Below, in pieces: positions 19,310 to 37,803 of a stretch of DNA of 64,000 nucleotides. Made by a program: the position numbers and the translations under genes. The stretch's first letter is position 1. The number at the start of each line of letters is the position of its first letter. The notes under the pieces were generated by a model, which saw only the letters and a list, made by a program, of their open reading frames with translations, was not told the DNA's origin and made no database searches. Source of the DNA: Shigella phage SH7; the sequence record KX828711; one strand, 5' to 3'.

Positions 19310-21114
19310 TGAAACAAAATATTAATATCGGTAATGTTGTAGATGATGGTACCGGTGACTACCTGCGTAAAGGTGGTATAAAAATAAATGAAAACTTTGA
19401 TGAGCTTTATTATGAACTCGGTGATGGTGATGTTCCATATTCAGCCGGTGCCTGGAAAACTTATAATGCTTCATCAGGACAAACATTAACAGCAGAATGG
19501 GGAAAATCATATGCCATTAACACTTCATCTGGAAGAGTAACTCTGCAACTTCCTAAAGGAACCGTTAATGATTATAATAAAGTAATTAAAGCTAGGGATG
19601 TATTTGCAACATGGAATGTTAATCCAGTTACTCTAGTAGCCGCTTCTGGTGATACTATTAAAGGATCATCGTCATCAGTTGAAATTAATGTCCAATTTAG
19701 CGATTTAGAGTTAGTTTATTGTGCTCCAGGACGTTGGGAATATGTCAAAAACAAGCAAATTGACAAAATTATTAGTTCAGATATTAGTAATGTAGCACGT
19801 AAAGAATTTTTAGTCGAAGTTCAAGGACAAACAGACTTTTTAGATGTTTTCCGTGGAACTAGCTATAATGTTAATAACATCCGAGTAAAACACCGCGGTA
19901 ATGAATTATATTATGGCGATGTATTTAGTGAAAACAGTGACTTTGGCTCTCCTGGGGAAAATGAAGGAGAATTGATTCCTCTTGATGGATTTAATATTAG
20001 GTTAAGACAGCCTTGTAATATTGGTGACACTGTTCAAATTGAAACATTTATGGATGGTGTATCACAATGGAGAAGTTCATATACAAGACGCCAAATAAAA
20101 GTATTAGATTCAAAATTAACGTCAAAAACTTCTTTAGAAGGAAGTATTTACGTTACTGATTTATCAACAATGAAATCAATTCCATTCTCTGCATTTGGAT
20201 TAATTCCTGGAGAACCTATTAATCCTAATTCTCTTGAAGTTCGTTTTAATGGAATTTTACAACAACAAGCTGGAACAGCCGGATATCCTCTGTTTTTGTG
20301 TGAAGGTGCTAATTCAGATACGCAAGCAGGATGTATATCTCTTGGTGGTGAATGGAAAGAATCGAATACAGATTATTCTATAGAATATGAAGATGGAAAA
20401 CCTGTCAGTCTTTTATTTGATAGAAAATTTGAATCCGGCGATATAATCGTTATAACATGGTTCAATAATGATTTAGGAACTCTTTTAGAAAAAGATGACA
20501 TTATTGAATTAACTGATGACCGTTATGTTAGTAAAGGATCATCTACTGAAGTTACTGGTGATGTAGCCTTAACAGATTTTGATAAAATCGGTTGGCCAAA
20601 TGTTGAAAAAGTTGATTCTTATACTAGAACGTATAATTCAATATCATCTATTTTCGACAGCATTTATCCTGTTGGTTCAATTTATGAAAATGCTATAAAC
20701 CCAAATAATCCGGTGACTTATATGGGATTTGGTTCATGGAAATTATTTGGTAAAGGGCAGGTTTTAGTAGGATGGAATGATGATGTTACAGATCCAAACT
20801 TTGCATTGAACAATAATGATTTAGATTCTAGCGGAAATCCTTCACATACCGCCGGTGGAACAGTTGGTACAACATCAGTAACGCTTGAAAACGCAAATCT
20901 TCCTGCGACTAAAACTGATGAAAGAGTTTTAATTGAAGACGAAAATGGATCAGTTATTATTGGAGGATGTCAATATGACCCAGACGAAACTGGTCCTATA
21001 TATACAAAATATCGTGAAGACTACGCAACAACAAACTCTTCACATACTCCTCCTACTAATATTAGTAATATTCAACCGTCTATTACTGTATACCGTTGGA
21101 TAAGGATTGCATAA
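19309..21114 (+). CDS. 10: gp10 baseplate wedge protein
   Basis: 601 aa, TAATG overlap with gene 9. Confidence 0.95.
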   Translation: MKQNINIGNVVDDGTGDYLRKGGIKINENFDELYYELGDGDVPYSAGAWKTYNASSGQTLTAEWGKSYAINTSSGRVTLQLPKGTVNDYNKVIKARDVFATWNVNPVTLVAASGDTIKGSSSSVEINVQFSDLELVYCAPGRWEYVKNKQIDKIISSDISNVARKEFLVEVQGQTDFLDVFRGTSYNVNNIRVKHRGNELYYGDVFSENSDFGSPGENEGELIPLDGFNIRLRQPCNIGDTVQIETFMDGVSQWRSSYTRRQIKVLDSKLTSKTSLEGSIYVTDLSTMKSIPFSAFGLIPGEPINPNSLEVRFNGILQQQAGTAGYPLFLCEGANSDTQAGCISLGGEWKESNTDYSIEYEDGKPVSLLFDRKFESGDIIVITWFNNDLGTLLEKDDIIELTDDRYVSKGSSTEVTGDVALTDFDKIGWPNVEKVDSYTRTYNSISSIFDSIYPVGSIYENAINPNNPVTYMGFGSWKLFGKGQVLVGWNDDVTDPNFALNNNDLDSSGNPSHTAGGTVGTTSVTLENANLPATKTDERVLIEDENGSVIIGGCQYDPDETGPIYTKYREDYATTNSSHTPPTNISNIQPSITVYRWIRIA

Positions 21115-21773
21115 TGAGTTTACTTAATAATAAAGCGGGAGTTATTTCCCGCTTAGCAGATTTTCTTGGTTTTAGAACTAAGAAAAATGATATTTCGGTT
21201 ATGAATAATCAGCCGGTAGGCGCTGTAACAATTTCACAAATAGCAAAAGGTTTTTATGACCCAAATGTAGAATCTGCTATCAACGATGTTAGAAATATGG
21301 CAGAGCAACAGGTTGGAGCTGTATTAATTAATATAAGCGGCGTATCTCCTACTGGCGTACAACAAACCGACTATTGGTCATTTGAAGGAACTGTTACTGA
21401 TACTTCAGCCAAACCAGGTGACCCAGTTATTGTTAACATGTTTGGTATTCCAGTTAAAGCTACTAACGGAATGACTTCAATTGAATTTACCAGTGCCGTT
21501 AGAATAGCTCTACAGGAAATGGTTGCAAAATTTATTGCAATTGATTCATTTGAAGACCATCCTACCATAGGAAATAAAATACAAGTTAAGTATTTAGATA
21601 ACCAAGAACATATCTTAGAGCAATACTCTGATAAAGGAATTACTTTCAAACAAGAAATAATTTCTCCTTCTAAACCTGGATATGGAACTTGGCAATTATT
21701 AGGTGCGCAAACTGTCACGTTAGATAGTCACACACAACCTACAGTATTTTATTATTTTGAGAGAATAGCATGA
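21114..21773 (+). CDS. 11: gp11 baseplate wedge / short tail fiber attachment protein
   Basis: Start at MSLLNNKAG... gives 219 aa as in T4; ORF-track start 21096 is an upstream in-frame extension. Confidence 0.9.
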   Translation: MSLLNNKAGVISRLADFLGFRTKKNDISVMNNQPVGAVTISQIAKGFYDPNVESAINDVRNMAEQQVGAVLINISGVSPTGVQQTDYWSFEGTVTDTSAKPGDPVIVNMFGIPVKATNGMTSIEFTSAVRIALQEMVAKFIAIDSFEDHPTIGNKIQVKYLDNQEHILEQYSDKGITFKQEIISPSKPGYGTWQLLGAQTVTLDSHTQPTVFYYFERIA

Positions 21774-23320
21774 GTAATAATACATATCAGCACGTATCAA
21801 ATGAATCAAAATATGTTAAATTCGATCCAGTTGGATCGAATTTTCCTGACACTGTTACGACGGTGCAGTCTGCATTATCAAAAATAAGTAATATCGGCGT
21901 AAATGGTATTCCTGATGCAACTATGGAAGTTAAAGGAATAGCAATGATTGCATCAGAGCAAGAGGTTTTAGATGGAACAAATAATTCTAAAATCGTTACA
22001 CCAGCTACATTAGCAACAAGATTATTGTATCCAAATGCTACTGAAACTAAATATGGTTTAACACGTTATTCATCAAATGAAGAAACATTAGAAGGCTCAG
22101 ATAATAATTCATCAATAACACCGCAAAAACTGAAATACCATACTGATGATGTGTTTCAAAATAGATATTCGTCTGAGTCATCAAACGGGGTTATTAAAAT
22201 ATCATCTACGCCTGCAGCTTTGGCTGGTGTCGATGATACTACGGCGATGACTCCGCTGAAAACCCAAAAACTTGCAATAAAATTAATTTCACAAATAGCT
22301 CCTTCAGAAGACACTGCAACAGAATCTGTGAGAGGAGTAGTTCAATTATCTACTGTTGCACAAACTCGTCAAGGAACTCTCCGCGAAGGATATGCAATTT
22401 CCCCGTATACCTTTATGAATTCTGTTGCAACACAAGAATATAAGGGTGTTATACGTCTAGGAACACAAGCAGAAATTAATAATAATTTGGGGGATGTTGC
22501 AGTAACAGGTGAAACACTAAATGGTCGAGGAGCTACCGGTTCTATGCGTGGGGTAGTAAAATTAACGACGCAAGCTGGTATTGCTCCTGAAGGTGATAGC
22601 TCTGGGGCATTAGCCTGGAACGCAGATGTAATTAATACTCGTGGTGGACAAACTATTAATGGTTCTTTAAATTTAGATCATCTCACAGCAAATGGAATTT
22701 GGTCGCGCGGTGGAATGTGGAAAAATGGCGATCAACCTGTTGCCACTGAAAGATATGCGTCCGAAAGGGTTCCGGTTGGAACTATTATGATGTTTGCGGG
22801 TGATTCAGCACCTCCAGGTTGGATTATGTGTCATGGTGGAACTGTGTCAGGAGACCAATATCCTGATTATAGAAACACTGTTGGAACAAGATTTGGTGGG
22901 GATTGGAATAATCCAGGGATTCCTGATATGCGAGGTCTTTTTGTTAGAGGAGCGGGCACCGGTGGTCATATTTTAAATCAACGAGGACAAGATGGTTATG
23001 GGAAGGATAGACTTGGTGTAGGATGTGATGGAATGCATGTTGGCGGTGTTCAAGCACAACAAATGTCATACCATAAACATGCTGGTGGTTGGGGAGAATA
23101 TAACAGAAGTGAAGGTCCATTTGGCGCGTCTGTTTATCAAGGATATCTTGGAACTAGAAAATATTCCGACTGGGATAACGCTTCATACTTCACCAATGAT
23201 GGATTTGAATTAGGTGGACCGAGAGATGCCCTTGGTACACTTAATCGTGAAGGATTAATTGGTTATGAAACTAGACCATGGAATATATCATTAAACTATA
23301 TTATTAAAATTCATTACTAA
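21770..23320 (+). CDS. 12: gp12 short tail fiber
   Basis: 516 aa, between 11 and wac. Confidence 0.9.
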   Translation: MSNNTYQHVSNESKYVKFDPVGSNFPDTVTTVQSALSKISNIGVNGIPDATMEVKGIAMIASEQEVLDGTNNSKIVTPATLATRLLYPNATETKYGLTRYSSNEETLEGSDNNSSITPQKLKYHTDDVFQNRYSSESSNGVIKISSTPAALAGVDDTTAMTPLKTQKLAIKLISQIAPSEDTATESVRGVVQLSTVAQTRQGTLREGYAISPYTFMNSVATQEYKGVIRLGTQAEINNNLGDVAVTGETLNGRGATGSMRGVVKLTTQAGIAPEGDSSGALAWNADVINTRGGQTINGSLNLDHLTANGIWSRGGMWKNGDQPVATERYASERVPVGTIMMFAGDSAPPGWIMCHGGTVSGDQYPDYRNTVGTRFGGDWNNPGIPDMRGLFVRGAGTGGHILNQRGQDGYGKDRLGVGCDGMHVGGVQAQQMSYHKHAGGWGEYNRSEGPFGASVYQGYLGTRKYSDWDNASYFTNDGFELGGPRDALGTLNREGLIGYETRPWNISLNYIIKIHY

Positions 23321-23329
23321 GGATTACAA

Positions 23330-24787
23330 ATGATTGAATTAAAAGAGTTACCTTTTGTTGATAGCGTTCCTGGCGAAGGTCAGGAGCGTATTTCATGGAT
23401 TAAAAATGGTGAAGAAATATTAGGAGCTAGTACTAAGTATGGAAACGATGGATCAATGAATAGACCAACTGTTTCCGTGTTTAAAAATGTTGAGGTTCTT
23501 GACGAAAATATAGGAATTCTTAAAACAGCATTAGAAACATCCCAGGAAGATATTAAAACCATTCAGGGTATCTTAGATGTATCTGGTGATATAGAAGCTT
23601 TATCGCAAATAAGTATCAATAAAAAGGATATCACTGATCTTAAAACGCTTACGAGTGAACATACCGAAATATTAAATGGAACTAATAATACTGTCGATAG
23701 CATTCTTGCTGACATTGGTCCATTTAATTCGCAAGCAAATTCAGTTTATAGAACGATTAGAAATGATTTGTTATGGATTAAAAGGGAATTAGGACAATAT
23801 GCTGGGCAAGACATTAACGGTCTTCCTGTTGTAGGAAATAGCAGCACGGGTATGAAGCACCGTATCATTAATAATACAGATGCTATAACTTCCCAAGGAA
23901 TGCGTCTAAGTGATTTGGAAGAAAAATTTATTGAATCTGATGTAGGTTCACTGACAATTGAAGTCGGAAATCTTAGACAAGAACTTGGACAAAGACCATC
24001 TTCATTTAGTGAAAGCATATATTCACGTGTGCATAATTTAGATCAATCACAGATTAATCTTAGTTCCGAAATTAAATCTATCAAAACTTCTATTGGATAT
24101 CCAGGAAATACTTCAATAATCACAGATGTTAACACTAATACACGAGAAATTTCAGCTTTAAATGATGAACTAAATAAAAGCGGAGGTGTTAAACAACGAT
24201 TAACTATTATTGAAACATCGATTGGTTCAGATGATATTCCTTCTAGTATTAAAGGTCAAATTAAAGATAATACCACATCAATCGAGTTTTTAAATGGAAT
24301 TGTTGGTGAAAACACTTCATCTGGACTACGAGCAAATGTTTCATGGTTAAACCAAATTGTTGGAACTGATTCTAGCGGTGGACAACCTTCTCCTCCTGGG
24401 TCTCTTTTAAATAGAATTTCAACAGTTGAAACATCCGTTAATAGATTGAACAATGATGTTCAAAACTTACAAGTTGAAATTGGTAATAACAATTCCGGAA
24501 TTAAAGGACAAGTTGTAGCATTAAATAAATTAGTAAATGGAACAAATCCAAATGGCTCAACTGTCGAAGAACGCGGATTGACTAATTCAATAAAAGCTAA
24601 TGAGACTAACATTGCTTCAATTAATCAAGAGATTCGTAGCATTAAAAGCGATGTATCTTCATTACAAAGGGATGTCCAGACTTTACAGGAAGCCGGTTAT
24701 ATTCCTGAAGCTCCAAGAGATGGGCAAGCTTACGTTCGTAAAGACGGCGAATGGGTATTGCTTTCTACCTTTTTATCACCAGCATAA
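23330..24787 (+). CDS. wac: fibritin (whisker antigen control)
   Basis: 485 aa coiled-coil protein ending in the foldon sequence [27 protein letters not shown]. Confidence 0.95.
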   Translation: MIELKELPFVDSVPGEGQERISWIKNGEEILGASTKYGNDGSMNRPTVSVFKNVEVLDENIGILKTALETSQEDIKTIQGILDVSGDIEALSQISINKKDITDLKTLTSEHTEILNGTNNTVDSILADIGPFNSQANSVYRTIRNDLLWIKRELGQYAGQDINGLPVVGNSSTGMKHRIINNTDAITSQGMRLSDLEEKFIESDVGSLTIEVGNLRQELGQRPSSFSESIYSRVHNLDQSQINLSSEIKSIKTSIGYPGNTSIITDVNTNTREISALNDELNKSGGVKQRLTIIETSIGSDDIPSSIKGQIKDNTTSIEFLNGIVGENTSSGLRANVSWLNQIVGTDSSGGQPSPPGSLLNRISTVETSVNRLNNDVQNLQVEIGNNNSGIKGQVVALNKLVNGTNPNGSTVEERGLTNSIKANETNIASINQEIRSIKSDVSSLQRDVQTLQEAGYIPEAPRDGQAYVRKDGEWVLLSTFLSPA

Positions 24788-24791
24788 CATG

Positions 24792-24807
24792 GGGCCGCAA
24801 GGCCCCA
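24792..24807 (+). other. GC hairpin GGGGCCGCAAGGCCCC after wac (weak terminator candidate)
   Basis: Perfect stem-loop but no T-run follows. Confidence 0.3.
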
Positions 24808-24818
24808 AAGGATTTTAA

Positions 24819-26520
<1,702 letters not shown>

Positions 26521-26561
26521 TAAATATTATAAACTAATTAAAGCCCAGATTAGGAGAAATC

Positions 26562-29702
<3,141 letters not shown>

Positions 29703-29730
29703 TATTAAAGCATATTAAAGAGGATTAAAA

Positions 29731-31710
29731 ATGACTTTATTATCTCCGGGCATTGAGCTCAAAGAAACTACGGTTCAAAGCACCGTGGTTAATAACTCTA
29801 CTGGTACAGCAGCTTTGGCCGGTAAATTCCAGTGGGGTCCTGCTTTTCAGATTAAACAGGTTACAAATGAAGTAGATTTAGTTAATACTTTTGGTCAACC
29901 AACCGCTGAAACTGCTGACTATTTTATGTCTGCGATGAATTTCTTGCAGTACGGAAATGACTTACGAGTAGTTCGTGCTGTTGATAGAGATACCGCTAAA
30001 AACTCATCACCAATCGCTGGTAATATTGAATACACAATTTCTACCCCAGGTAGTAACTATGCGGTTGGAGATAAAATCACGGTCAAATATGTTTCAGATG
30101 ATATTGAAACTGAAGGTAAAATTACTGAAGTAGACGCAGATGGAAAAATTAAGAAAATTAATATTCCTACTGCAAAAATTATCGCTAAAGCGAAAGAAGT
30201 AGGTGAATATCCAACACTAGGTTCTAACTGGACTGCGGAAATTTCTTCGTCTTCATCTGGTTTAGCTGCGGTAATAACTCTTGGAAAAATTATTACTGAT
30301 TCTGGTATTTTATTAGCTGAAATTGAAAATGCTGAAGCTGCTGTGACAGCGGTTGACTTTCAAGCAAATCTCGAAAAATACGGAATTCCAGGAGTAGTAG
30401 CTCTTTATCCAGGCGAATTAGGCGATAAAATTGAAATTGAAATCGTATCTAAAACTGACTATGCAAAAGGAGCTTCTGCATTACTCCCAATTTATCCAGG
30501 TGGTGGTACTCGTGCATCTACTGCCAAAGCAGTGTTTGGATATGGACCGCAAACTGATTCACAGTACGCTATTATAGTTCGTCGTAATGATGCTATTGTT
30601 CAAAGCGTTGTTCTTTCAACTAAGCGTGGTGAAAAAGATATTTACGATAGTAACATCTATATCGATGACTTTTTCGCAAAAGGCGGCTCAGAATATATTT
30701 TTGCAACTGCACAAAACTGGCCAGAAGGCTTCTCTGGAATTTTAACTCTGTCTGGTGGATTATCATCAAATGCTGAAGTAACAGCAGGAGATTTGATGGA
30801 AGCTTGGGACTTCTTTGCTGACCGTGAATCCGTTGATGTTCAACTGTTTATTGCGGGTTCTTGTGCCGGTGAATCTTTAGAAACAGCATCTACTGTCCAA
30901 AAACACGTCGTTTCAATTGGGGATGCTCGCCAAGATTGCTTAGTATTGTGCTCTCCTCCGCGTGAAACTGTAGTTGGAATTCCTGTAACTCGTGCTGTTG
31001 ATAACTTAGTCAATTGGAGAACTGCAGCAGGTTCATACACTGATAATAACTTTAATATCAGTTCAACCTACGCAGCAATTGATGGTAACTACAAGTATCA
31101 GTATGACAAATATAATGATGTGAATCGTTGGGTTCCATTAGCAGCTGATATTGCTGGTTTATGCGCGAGAACCGATAACGTTTCTCAGACTTGGATGTCT
31201 CCAGCTGGTTATAATCGTGGTCAGATTCTTAACGTTATTAAACTGGCTATTGAAACTCGCCAGGCTCAGCGCGACCGTTTATACCAAGAAGCTATCAACC
31301 CAGTAACTGGTACAGGTGGCGATGGTTACGTATTGTATGGTGATAAAACAGCTACTTCTGTTCCTTCTCCGTTTGATCGTATTAACGTTCGTCGTCTGTT
31401 TAATATGTTGAAAACGAATATCGGACGTAGTTCAAAATATCGTTTGTTCGAATTAAACAACGCGTTTACTCGTTCATCATTCCGCACAGAAACTGCCCAG
31501 TACTTACAGGGAATTAAAGCTCTCGGTGGAATTTATGAATATCGTGTAGTTTGCGATACAACAAATAATACTCCGTCAGTAATTGATAGAAATGAGTTTG
31601 TTGCAACATTCTACATCCAACCGGCTAGAAGCATTAACTACATTACCTTAAACTTCGTAGCAACTGCTACTGGTGCAGATTTCGATGAGTTAACTGGTCT
31701 TGCAGGTTAA
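29731..31710 (+). CDS. 18: gp18 contractile tail sheath protein
   Basis: 659 aa, T4 order. Confidence 0.95.
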   Translation: MTLLSPGIELKETTVQSTVVNNSTGTAALAGKFQWGPAFQIKQVTNEVDLVNTFGQPTAETADYFMSAMNFLQYGNDLRVVRAVDRDTAKNSSPIAGNIEYTISTPGSNYAVGDKITVKYVSDDIETEGKITEVDADGKIKKINIPTAKIIAKAKEVGEYPTLGSNWTAEISSSSSGLAAVITLGKIITDSGILLAEIENAEAAVTAVDFQANLEKYGIPGVVALYPGELGDKIEIEIVSKTDYAKGASALLPIYPGGGTRASTAKAVFGYGPQTDSQYAIIVRRNDAIVQSVVLSTKRGEKDIYDSNIYIDDFFAKGGSEYIFATAQNWPEGFSGILTLSGGLSSNAEVTAGDLMEAWDFFADRESVDVQLFIAGSCAGESLETASTVQKHVVSIGDARQDCLVLCSPPRETVVGIPVTRAVDNLVNWRTAAGSYTDNNFNISSTYAAIDGNYKYQYDKYNDVNRWVPLAADIAGLCARTDNVSQTWMSPAGYNRGQILNVIKLAIETRQAQRDRLYQEAINPVTGTGGDGYVLYGDKTATSVPSPFDRINVRRLFNMLKTNIGRSSKYRLFELNNAFTRSSFRTETAQYLQGIKALGGIYEYRVVCDTTNNTPSVIDRNEFVATFYIQPARSINYITLNFVATATGADFDELTGLAG

Positions 31711-31726
31711 TACGGTGCATTCTAAA

Positions 31727-31744
31727 GGCCTGTTTCGGCAGGCC
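31727..31744 (+). terminator. hairpin GGCCTGTTTCGGCAGGCC after gene 18
   Basis: Stem-loop right after the gene 18 stop; a late promoter follows immediately. Confidence 0.45.
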
Positions 31745-31745
31745 A

Positions 31746-31753
31746 TATAAATA
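31746..31753 (+). promoter_or_regulatory. late promoter TATAAATA (distal) for gene 19
   Basis: Exact TATAAATA. Confidence 0.5.
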
Positions 31754-31804
31754 CACTATATCCTTAATTCTTTAATTCTATATGCCCTAGGTTAAACATA
31801 GGGA

Positions 31805-31812
31805 TATAAATA
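31805..31812 (+). promoter_or_regulatory. late promoter TATAAATA (proximal) for gene 19
   Basis: Exact TATAAATA about 15 nt upstream of gene 19 ATG. Confidence 0.55.
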
Positions 31813-31826
31813 CTACAGAGGCTAAT

Positions 31827-32318
31827 ATGTTTGTAGATGATGTAACACGAGCGTTTGAATCTGGTGATTTTGCTCGACCTAACTTATTCCAAGTAGAAAT
31901 TTCTTATCTTGGACAAAATTTTACGTTCCAATGTAAAGCTACTGCTCTACCAGCTGGTATTGTAGAAAAAATTCCAGTCGGATTTATGAACCGTAAAATT
32001 AACGTAGCAGGCGATCGTACATTCGATGACTGGACTGTTACAGTAATGAACGATGAAGCTCATGATGCTCGCCAGAAGTTCGTTGATTGGCAAAGCATTG
32101 CTGCGGGGCAAGGAAACGAAATTACTGGTGGAAAACCTGCAGAGTATAAAAAGAGCGCTATCGTTCGTCAATATGCTCGTGACGCTAAAACAGTAACAAA
32201 AGAAATCGAAATTAAAGGTCTGTGGCCTACTAACGTGGGTGAACTTCAATTAGATTGGGATTCAAACAATGAAATCCAAACATTTGAAGTAACTCTTGCT
32301 CTCGATTATTGGGAATAA
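31827..32318 (+). CDS. 19: gp19 tail tube protein
   Basis: 163 aa, T4 order. Confidence 0.95.
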   Translation: MFVDDVTRAFESGDFARPNLFQVEISYLGQNFTFQCKATALPAGIVEKIPVGFMNRKINVAGDRTFDDWTVTVMNDEAHDARQKFVDWQSIAAGQGNEITGGKPAEYKKSAIVRQYARDAKTVTKEIEIKGLWPTNVGELQLDWDSNNEIQTFEVTLALDYWE

Positions 32319-32325
32319 AATGAAT

Positions 32326-32339
32326 GGGGAGAAATCCCC
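32326..32339 (+). other. hairpin GGGGAGAAATCCCC after gene 19
   Basis: Stem-loop with no clear T-run. Confidence 0.3.
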
Positions 32340-32350
32340 ATCCTGCTTAA

Positions 32351-33975
<1,625 letters not shown>

Positions 33976-33976
<1 letters not shown>

Positions 33977-34233
33977 TGGAAGGTTTAATTGAAGCTATTA
34001 AATCAAACGACCTCGTAGCCGCTCGTAAATTCTTTGCTGAAGCCATGGCTGCAAGAACGATTGATTTAATTAAAGAAGAAAAAATCGCTATCGCTCGCAA
34101 TTTCTTAATCGAAGGTGAAGAACCCGATGATGAGGATGATGACGAAGACGAGGATGATGAAGATAGCGATGATAAAGACGACAAAAAAGACAAAGACTCT
34201 GACGAAGATGACGAAGACGAGGATGATGAATAA
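33976..34233 (+). CDS. 67: gp67 prohead core protein with poly-acidic C-terminus
   Basis: 85 aa; C-terminal run of D/E residues; between 20 and 68. Confidence 0.85.
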
Positions 34234-34658
34234 TGCTTCTGATCCCTGAAACTCATGAATTAGTTCTCGAGAATGTCGAAGCACTTATTCCTGAAGCACA
34301 GGGTCGCTTTGACGAATTGTCTTCTGCTTTAAATAAAGACGATATAAATACAATTGTCGAGAATATGCTTGATGATGAAACTGATTTAGCGGTTGCATTA
34401 GCTTCTATTAATGAAAATATGCCGTTAAATGAATTCATCGTTAAACATGTTTCTGCCCGTGGTGAAATTACTCGCACTAAAGATCGCAAAACCCGCGAAC
34501 GAAATGCATTTCAAACCACTGGGTTGTCTAAAGCAAAACGTAGACAAATTGCTCGTAAAGCTACCAAAACGAAGATTGCCAATCCAGCAGGTCAATCTCG
34601 TGCTCAGCGTAAGCGTAAAAAAGCTCTTAAACGCCGTAAAGCATTAGGATTAAGCTAA
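34233..34658 (+). CDS. 68: gp68 prohead core protein
   Basis: 141 aa, T4 order. Confidence 0.85.
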
Positions 34659-35296
34659 TGAATGAACCCCAATTACTAATTGAAACTTGGGGTCAACCTG
34701 GCGAAATTATTGATGGCGTACCAATGCTTGAATCTCATGATGGAAAAGACTTAGGTTTAAAACCTGGTTTATACATCGAAGGAATATTCATGCAAGCGGA
34801 AGTCGTCAATAGAAATAAACGTCTTTATCCAAAACGTATATTAGAAAAAGCGGTAAAAGACTATATTAATGAGCAAGTTTTAACTAAACAAGCTCTCGGA
34901 GAATTAAATCATCCTCCACGCGCTAATGTTGACCCGATGCAAGCCGCTATCATTATAGAAGATATGTGGTGGAAAGGAAATGACGTATACGGACGAGCTC
35001 GTGTTATTGAAGGTGACCATGGTCCTGGAGATAAATTAGCAGCTAATATTCGTGCCGGATGGATTCCAGGAGTTTCTTCTCGTGGATTAGGTTCATTGAC
35101 TGACACAAATAAAGGTTATCGTATAGTAAACGAAGGATTCAAATTAACTGTAGGTGTTGATGCAGTATGGGGCCCAAGTGCTCCAGATGCATGGGTAACT
35201 CCTAAGGAAATTACCGAATCACAGACGGCGGAAGCCGATACAAGTGCCGATGACGCCTATATGGCTCTCGCAGAGGCCATGAAAAAAGCGTTATAA
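34658..35296 (+). CDS. 21: gp21 prohead core protease
   Basis: 212 aa, T4 order. Confidence 0.95.
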   Translation: MNEPQLLIETWGQPGEIIDGVPMLESHDGKDLGLKPGLYIEGIFMQAEVVNRNKRLYPKRILEKAVKDYINEQVLTKQALGELNHPPRANVDPMQAAIIIEDMWWKGNDVYGRARVIEGDHGPGDKLAANIRAGWIPGVSSRGLGSLTDTNKGYRIVNEGFKLTVGVDAVWGPSAPDAWVTPKEITESQTAEADTSADDAYMALAEAMKKAL

Positions 35297-35299
35297 ATA
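35292..35299 (+). promoter_or_regulatory. late promoter TATAAATA for gene 22
   Basis: Exact TATAAATA overlapping the gene 21 stop. Confidence 0.55.
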
Positions 35300-35326
35300 T
35301 TATTATCTAAACAACAGGACTACAAA

Positions 35327-36136
35327 ATGCTTAAAGAACAACTGATTGCCGAAGCGCAGAAAATTGATGCTTCTGTTGCTCTTGATAGTATTTTCGAATC
35401 AGTTAATATTTCTCCGGAAGCAAAAGAAACTTTCGGCACTGTATTCGAAGCTACCGTCAAGCAGCACGCCGTTAAATTAGCTGAATCTCATATCGCTAAA
35501 ATTGCTGAAAAAGCAGAAGAAGAAGTAGAAAAAAATAAAGAAGAAGCCGAAGAAAAAGCTGAGAAGAAAATCGCTGAGCAAGCTTCTAAATTCATTGACC
35601 ATCTTGCAAAAGAATGGCTCGCTGAAAATAAATTAGCAGTTGATAAAGGCATCAAAGCTGAACTGTTTGAATCCATGCTTGGTGGATTAAAAGAGCTCTT
35701 TGTTGAACACAACGTTGTTGTTCCAGAAGAATCAGTTGATGTTGTAGCTGAAATGGAAGAAGAGTTGCAAGAACATAAAGAAGAATCAGCTCGTCTGTTC
35801 GAAGAACTCAATATGCGCGACGCATATATCAATTATGTGCAGCGTGAAGTGGCATTGAGCGAAAGTACTAAAGATCTGACTGAGTCTCAAAAAGAAAAAG
35901 TCTCTGCTCTGGTCGAAGGTATGGATTATTCAGATGCATTCTCAAGTAAATTGAGTGCCATCGTAGAAATGGTGAAGAAGTCTAATAAAGATGAAAGCAC
36001 TATTACTGAGGGTATAAATACTCCTGATACTGAAGCAGCCGGACTGAATTTCGTCACTGAAGCTGTAGAAGATAAAGCTGCACAGGGTGCAGAAGATATT
36101 GTAAGTGTATATGCGAAAGTCGCATCTCGTTTCTAA
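35327..36136 (+). CDS. 22: gp22 prohead core scaffold protein
   Basis: 269 aa, acidic coiled-coil protein, T4 order. Confidence 0.95.
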   Translation: MLKEQLIAEAQKIDASVALDSIFESVNISPEAKETFGTVFEATVKQHAVKLAESHIAKIAEKAEEEVEKNKEEAEEKAEKKIAEQASKFIDHLAKEWLAENKLAVDKGIKAELFESMLGGLKELFVEHNVVVPEESVDVVAEMEEELQEHKEESARLFEELNMRDAYINYVQREVALSESTKDLTESQKEKVSALVEGMDYSDAFSSKLSAIVEMVKKSNKDESTITEGINTPDTEAAGLNFVTEAVEDKAAQGAEDIVSVYAKVASRF

Positions 36137-36154
36137 TTTTAAAGGTTAACACAA

Positions 36155-37720
36155 ATGACTATCAAAACTAAAGCTGAACTTTTGAACAAATGGAAGCCAT
36201 TACTGGAAGGTGAAGGTTTACCGGAAATTGCTAATAGCAAACAAGCGATTATCGCTAAAATCTTTGAAAACCAGGAAAAAGATTTCCAGACAGCTCCGGA
36301 ATATAAAGACGAAAAAATTGCTCAGGCATTCGGTTCTTTCTTAACAGAAGCTGAAATCGGTGGTGACCACGGTTACAATGCTACTAACATCGCTGCAGGT
36401 CAGACTTCTGGCGCAGTAACTCAGATTGGCCCAGCTGTTATGGGTATGGTACGTCGTGCTATTCCTAACCTGATTGCTTTCGATATTTGTGGTGTTCAGC
36501 CGATGAACAGCCCGACCGGTCAGGTATTCGCACTGCGTGCAGTATACGGTAAAGACCCAATCGCTGCCGGTGCTAAAGAAGCATTCCACCCAATGTATGG
36601 TCCAGATGCAATGTTCTCTGGTCAGGGTGCTGCTAAGAAATTCACAGCTCTGGCTGCTAGCACACAAACCACAGTAGGTGATATCTATACTCACTTCTTC
36701 CAGGACACTGGTACTGTGTATCTGCAGGCTTCTGCTCAAGTAACAATTAGTTCTACTGCAGATGATGCAGCTAAATTAGATGCTGAAATTAAGAAACAAA
36801 TGGAAGCTGGTGCACTGGTAGAAATCGCTGAAGGTATGGCTACTTCTATCGCTGAACTTCAGGAAAGTTTCAACGGTTCCACCGATAACCCATGGAATGA
36901 AATGGGCTTCCGTATCGATAAGCAAGTTATTGAAGCTAAATCTCGCCAGCTGAAAGCTGCTTACTCTATCGAATTAGCACAGGACCTCCGCGCTGTTCAC
37001 GGTATGGATGCTGATGCTGAACTGTCTGGTATTCTGGCTACCGAAATCATGCTGGAAATCAACCGTGAAGTTGTTGATTGGATTAACTACTCAGCTCAGG
37101 TTGGTAAATCTGGTATGACCCTGACTCCGGGTTCTAAAGCTGGTGTATTTGACTTCCAGGATCCGATTGATATTCGTGGTGCTCGCTGGGCGGGTGAATC
37201 CTTTAAAGCTCTGTTGTTCCAGATTGACAAAGAAGCAGTTGAAATTGCTCGTCAGACCGGTCGTGGTGAAGGTAACTTCATTATCGCTTCCCGTAACGTA
37301 GTTAACGTTCTGGCTTCAGTTGATACCGGCATTTCTTATGCTGCACAAGGTCTGGCTACCGGCTTTAACACTGATACTACCAAGTCAGTATTTGCTGGTG
37401 TTCTGGGTGGTAAATACCGTGTATATATCGACCAGTATGCTAAACAGGATTATTTCACTGTAGGTTATAAAGGTCCGAACGAAATGGATGCTGGTATTTA
37501 CTATGCTCCATATGTAGCTCTGACTCCGCTGCGTGGTTCCGATCCGAAGAACTTCCAACCGGTAATGGGGTTCAAAACTCGTTACGGTATCGGTATCAAC
37601 CCATTTGCAGAATCCGCTGCTCAGGCTCCGGCTTCTCGCATCCAGAGCGGTATGCCTTCTATTCTGAATAGCCTTGGTAAAAACGCTTACTTCCGCCGTG
37701 TATATGTTAAAGGTATCTAA
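36155..37720 (+). CDS. 23: gp23 major capsid protein
   Basis: 521 aa, T4 order; higher GC content and host-like codon usage typical of this highly expressed gene. Confidence 0.97.
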   Translation: MTIKTKAELLNKWKPLLEGEGLPEIANSKQAIIAKIFENQEKDFQTAPEYKDEKIAQAFGSFLTEAEIGGDHGYNATNIAAGQTSGAVTQIGPAVMGMVRRAIPNLIAFDICGVQPMNSPTGQVFALRAVYGKDPIAAGAKEAFHPMYGPDAMFSGQGAAKKFTALAASTQTTVGDIYTHFFQDTGTVYLQASAQVTISSTADDAAKLDAEIKKQMEAGALVEIAEGMATSIAELQESFNGSTDNPWNEMGFRIDKQVIEAKSRQLKAAYSIELAQDLRAVHGMDADAELSGILATEIMLEINREVVDWINYSAQVGKSGMTLTPGSKAGVFDFQDPIDIRGARWAGESFKALLFQIDKEAVEIARQTGRGEGNFIIASRNVVNVLASVDTGISYAAQGLATGFNTDTTKSVFAGVLGGKYRVYIDQYAKQDYFTVGYKGPNEMDAGIYYAPYVALTPLRGSDPKNFQPVMGFKTRYGIGINPFAESAAQAPASRIQSGMPSILNSLGKNAYFRRVYVKGI

Positions 37721-37735
37721 TCTTTGACGATTTAA

Positions 37736-37765
37736 GGGACCTTCGGGTCCCTTTAGTTGTTTTTA
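37736..37765 (+). terminator. rho-independent terminator after gene 23
   Basis: GGGACCTTCGGGTCCC hairpin followed by T-rich run. Confidence 0.7.
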
Positions 37766-37768
37766 TGG

Positions 37769-37776
37769 TATAAATA
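37769..37776 (+). promoter_or_regulatory. late promoter TATAAATA for gene 24
   Basis: Exact TATAAATA about 28 nt upstream of gene 24 ATG. Confidence 0.6.
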
Positions 37777-37803
37777 AATCATATAAACCAAAAGGAAAGC
37801 GCA

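Noticed and set aside
9997-24453. Numerous short ORFs antisense to or nested in genes 5 through wac (for example 9997..10206, 12017..12211, 17728..18063, 23746..24018)
   Set aside because: Each lies inside a large conserved structural gene on the opposite strand or in another frame, with no RBS or promoter.
35488-35832. Minus-strand 114-aa Ser/Ala-rich ORF
   Set aside because: Antisense to the Glu/Lys/Ala-rich scaffold gene 22; low-complexity mirror-image artefact.
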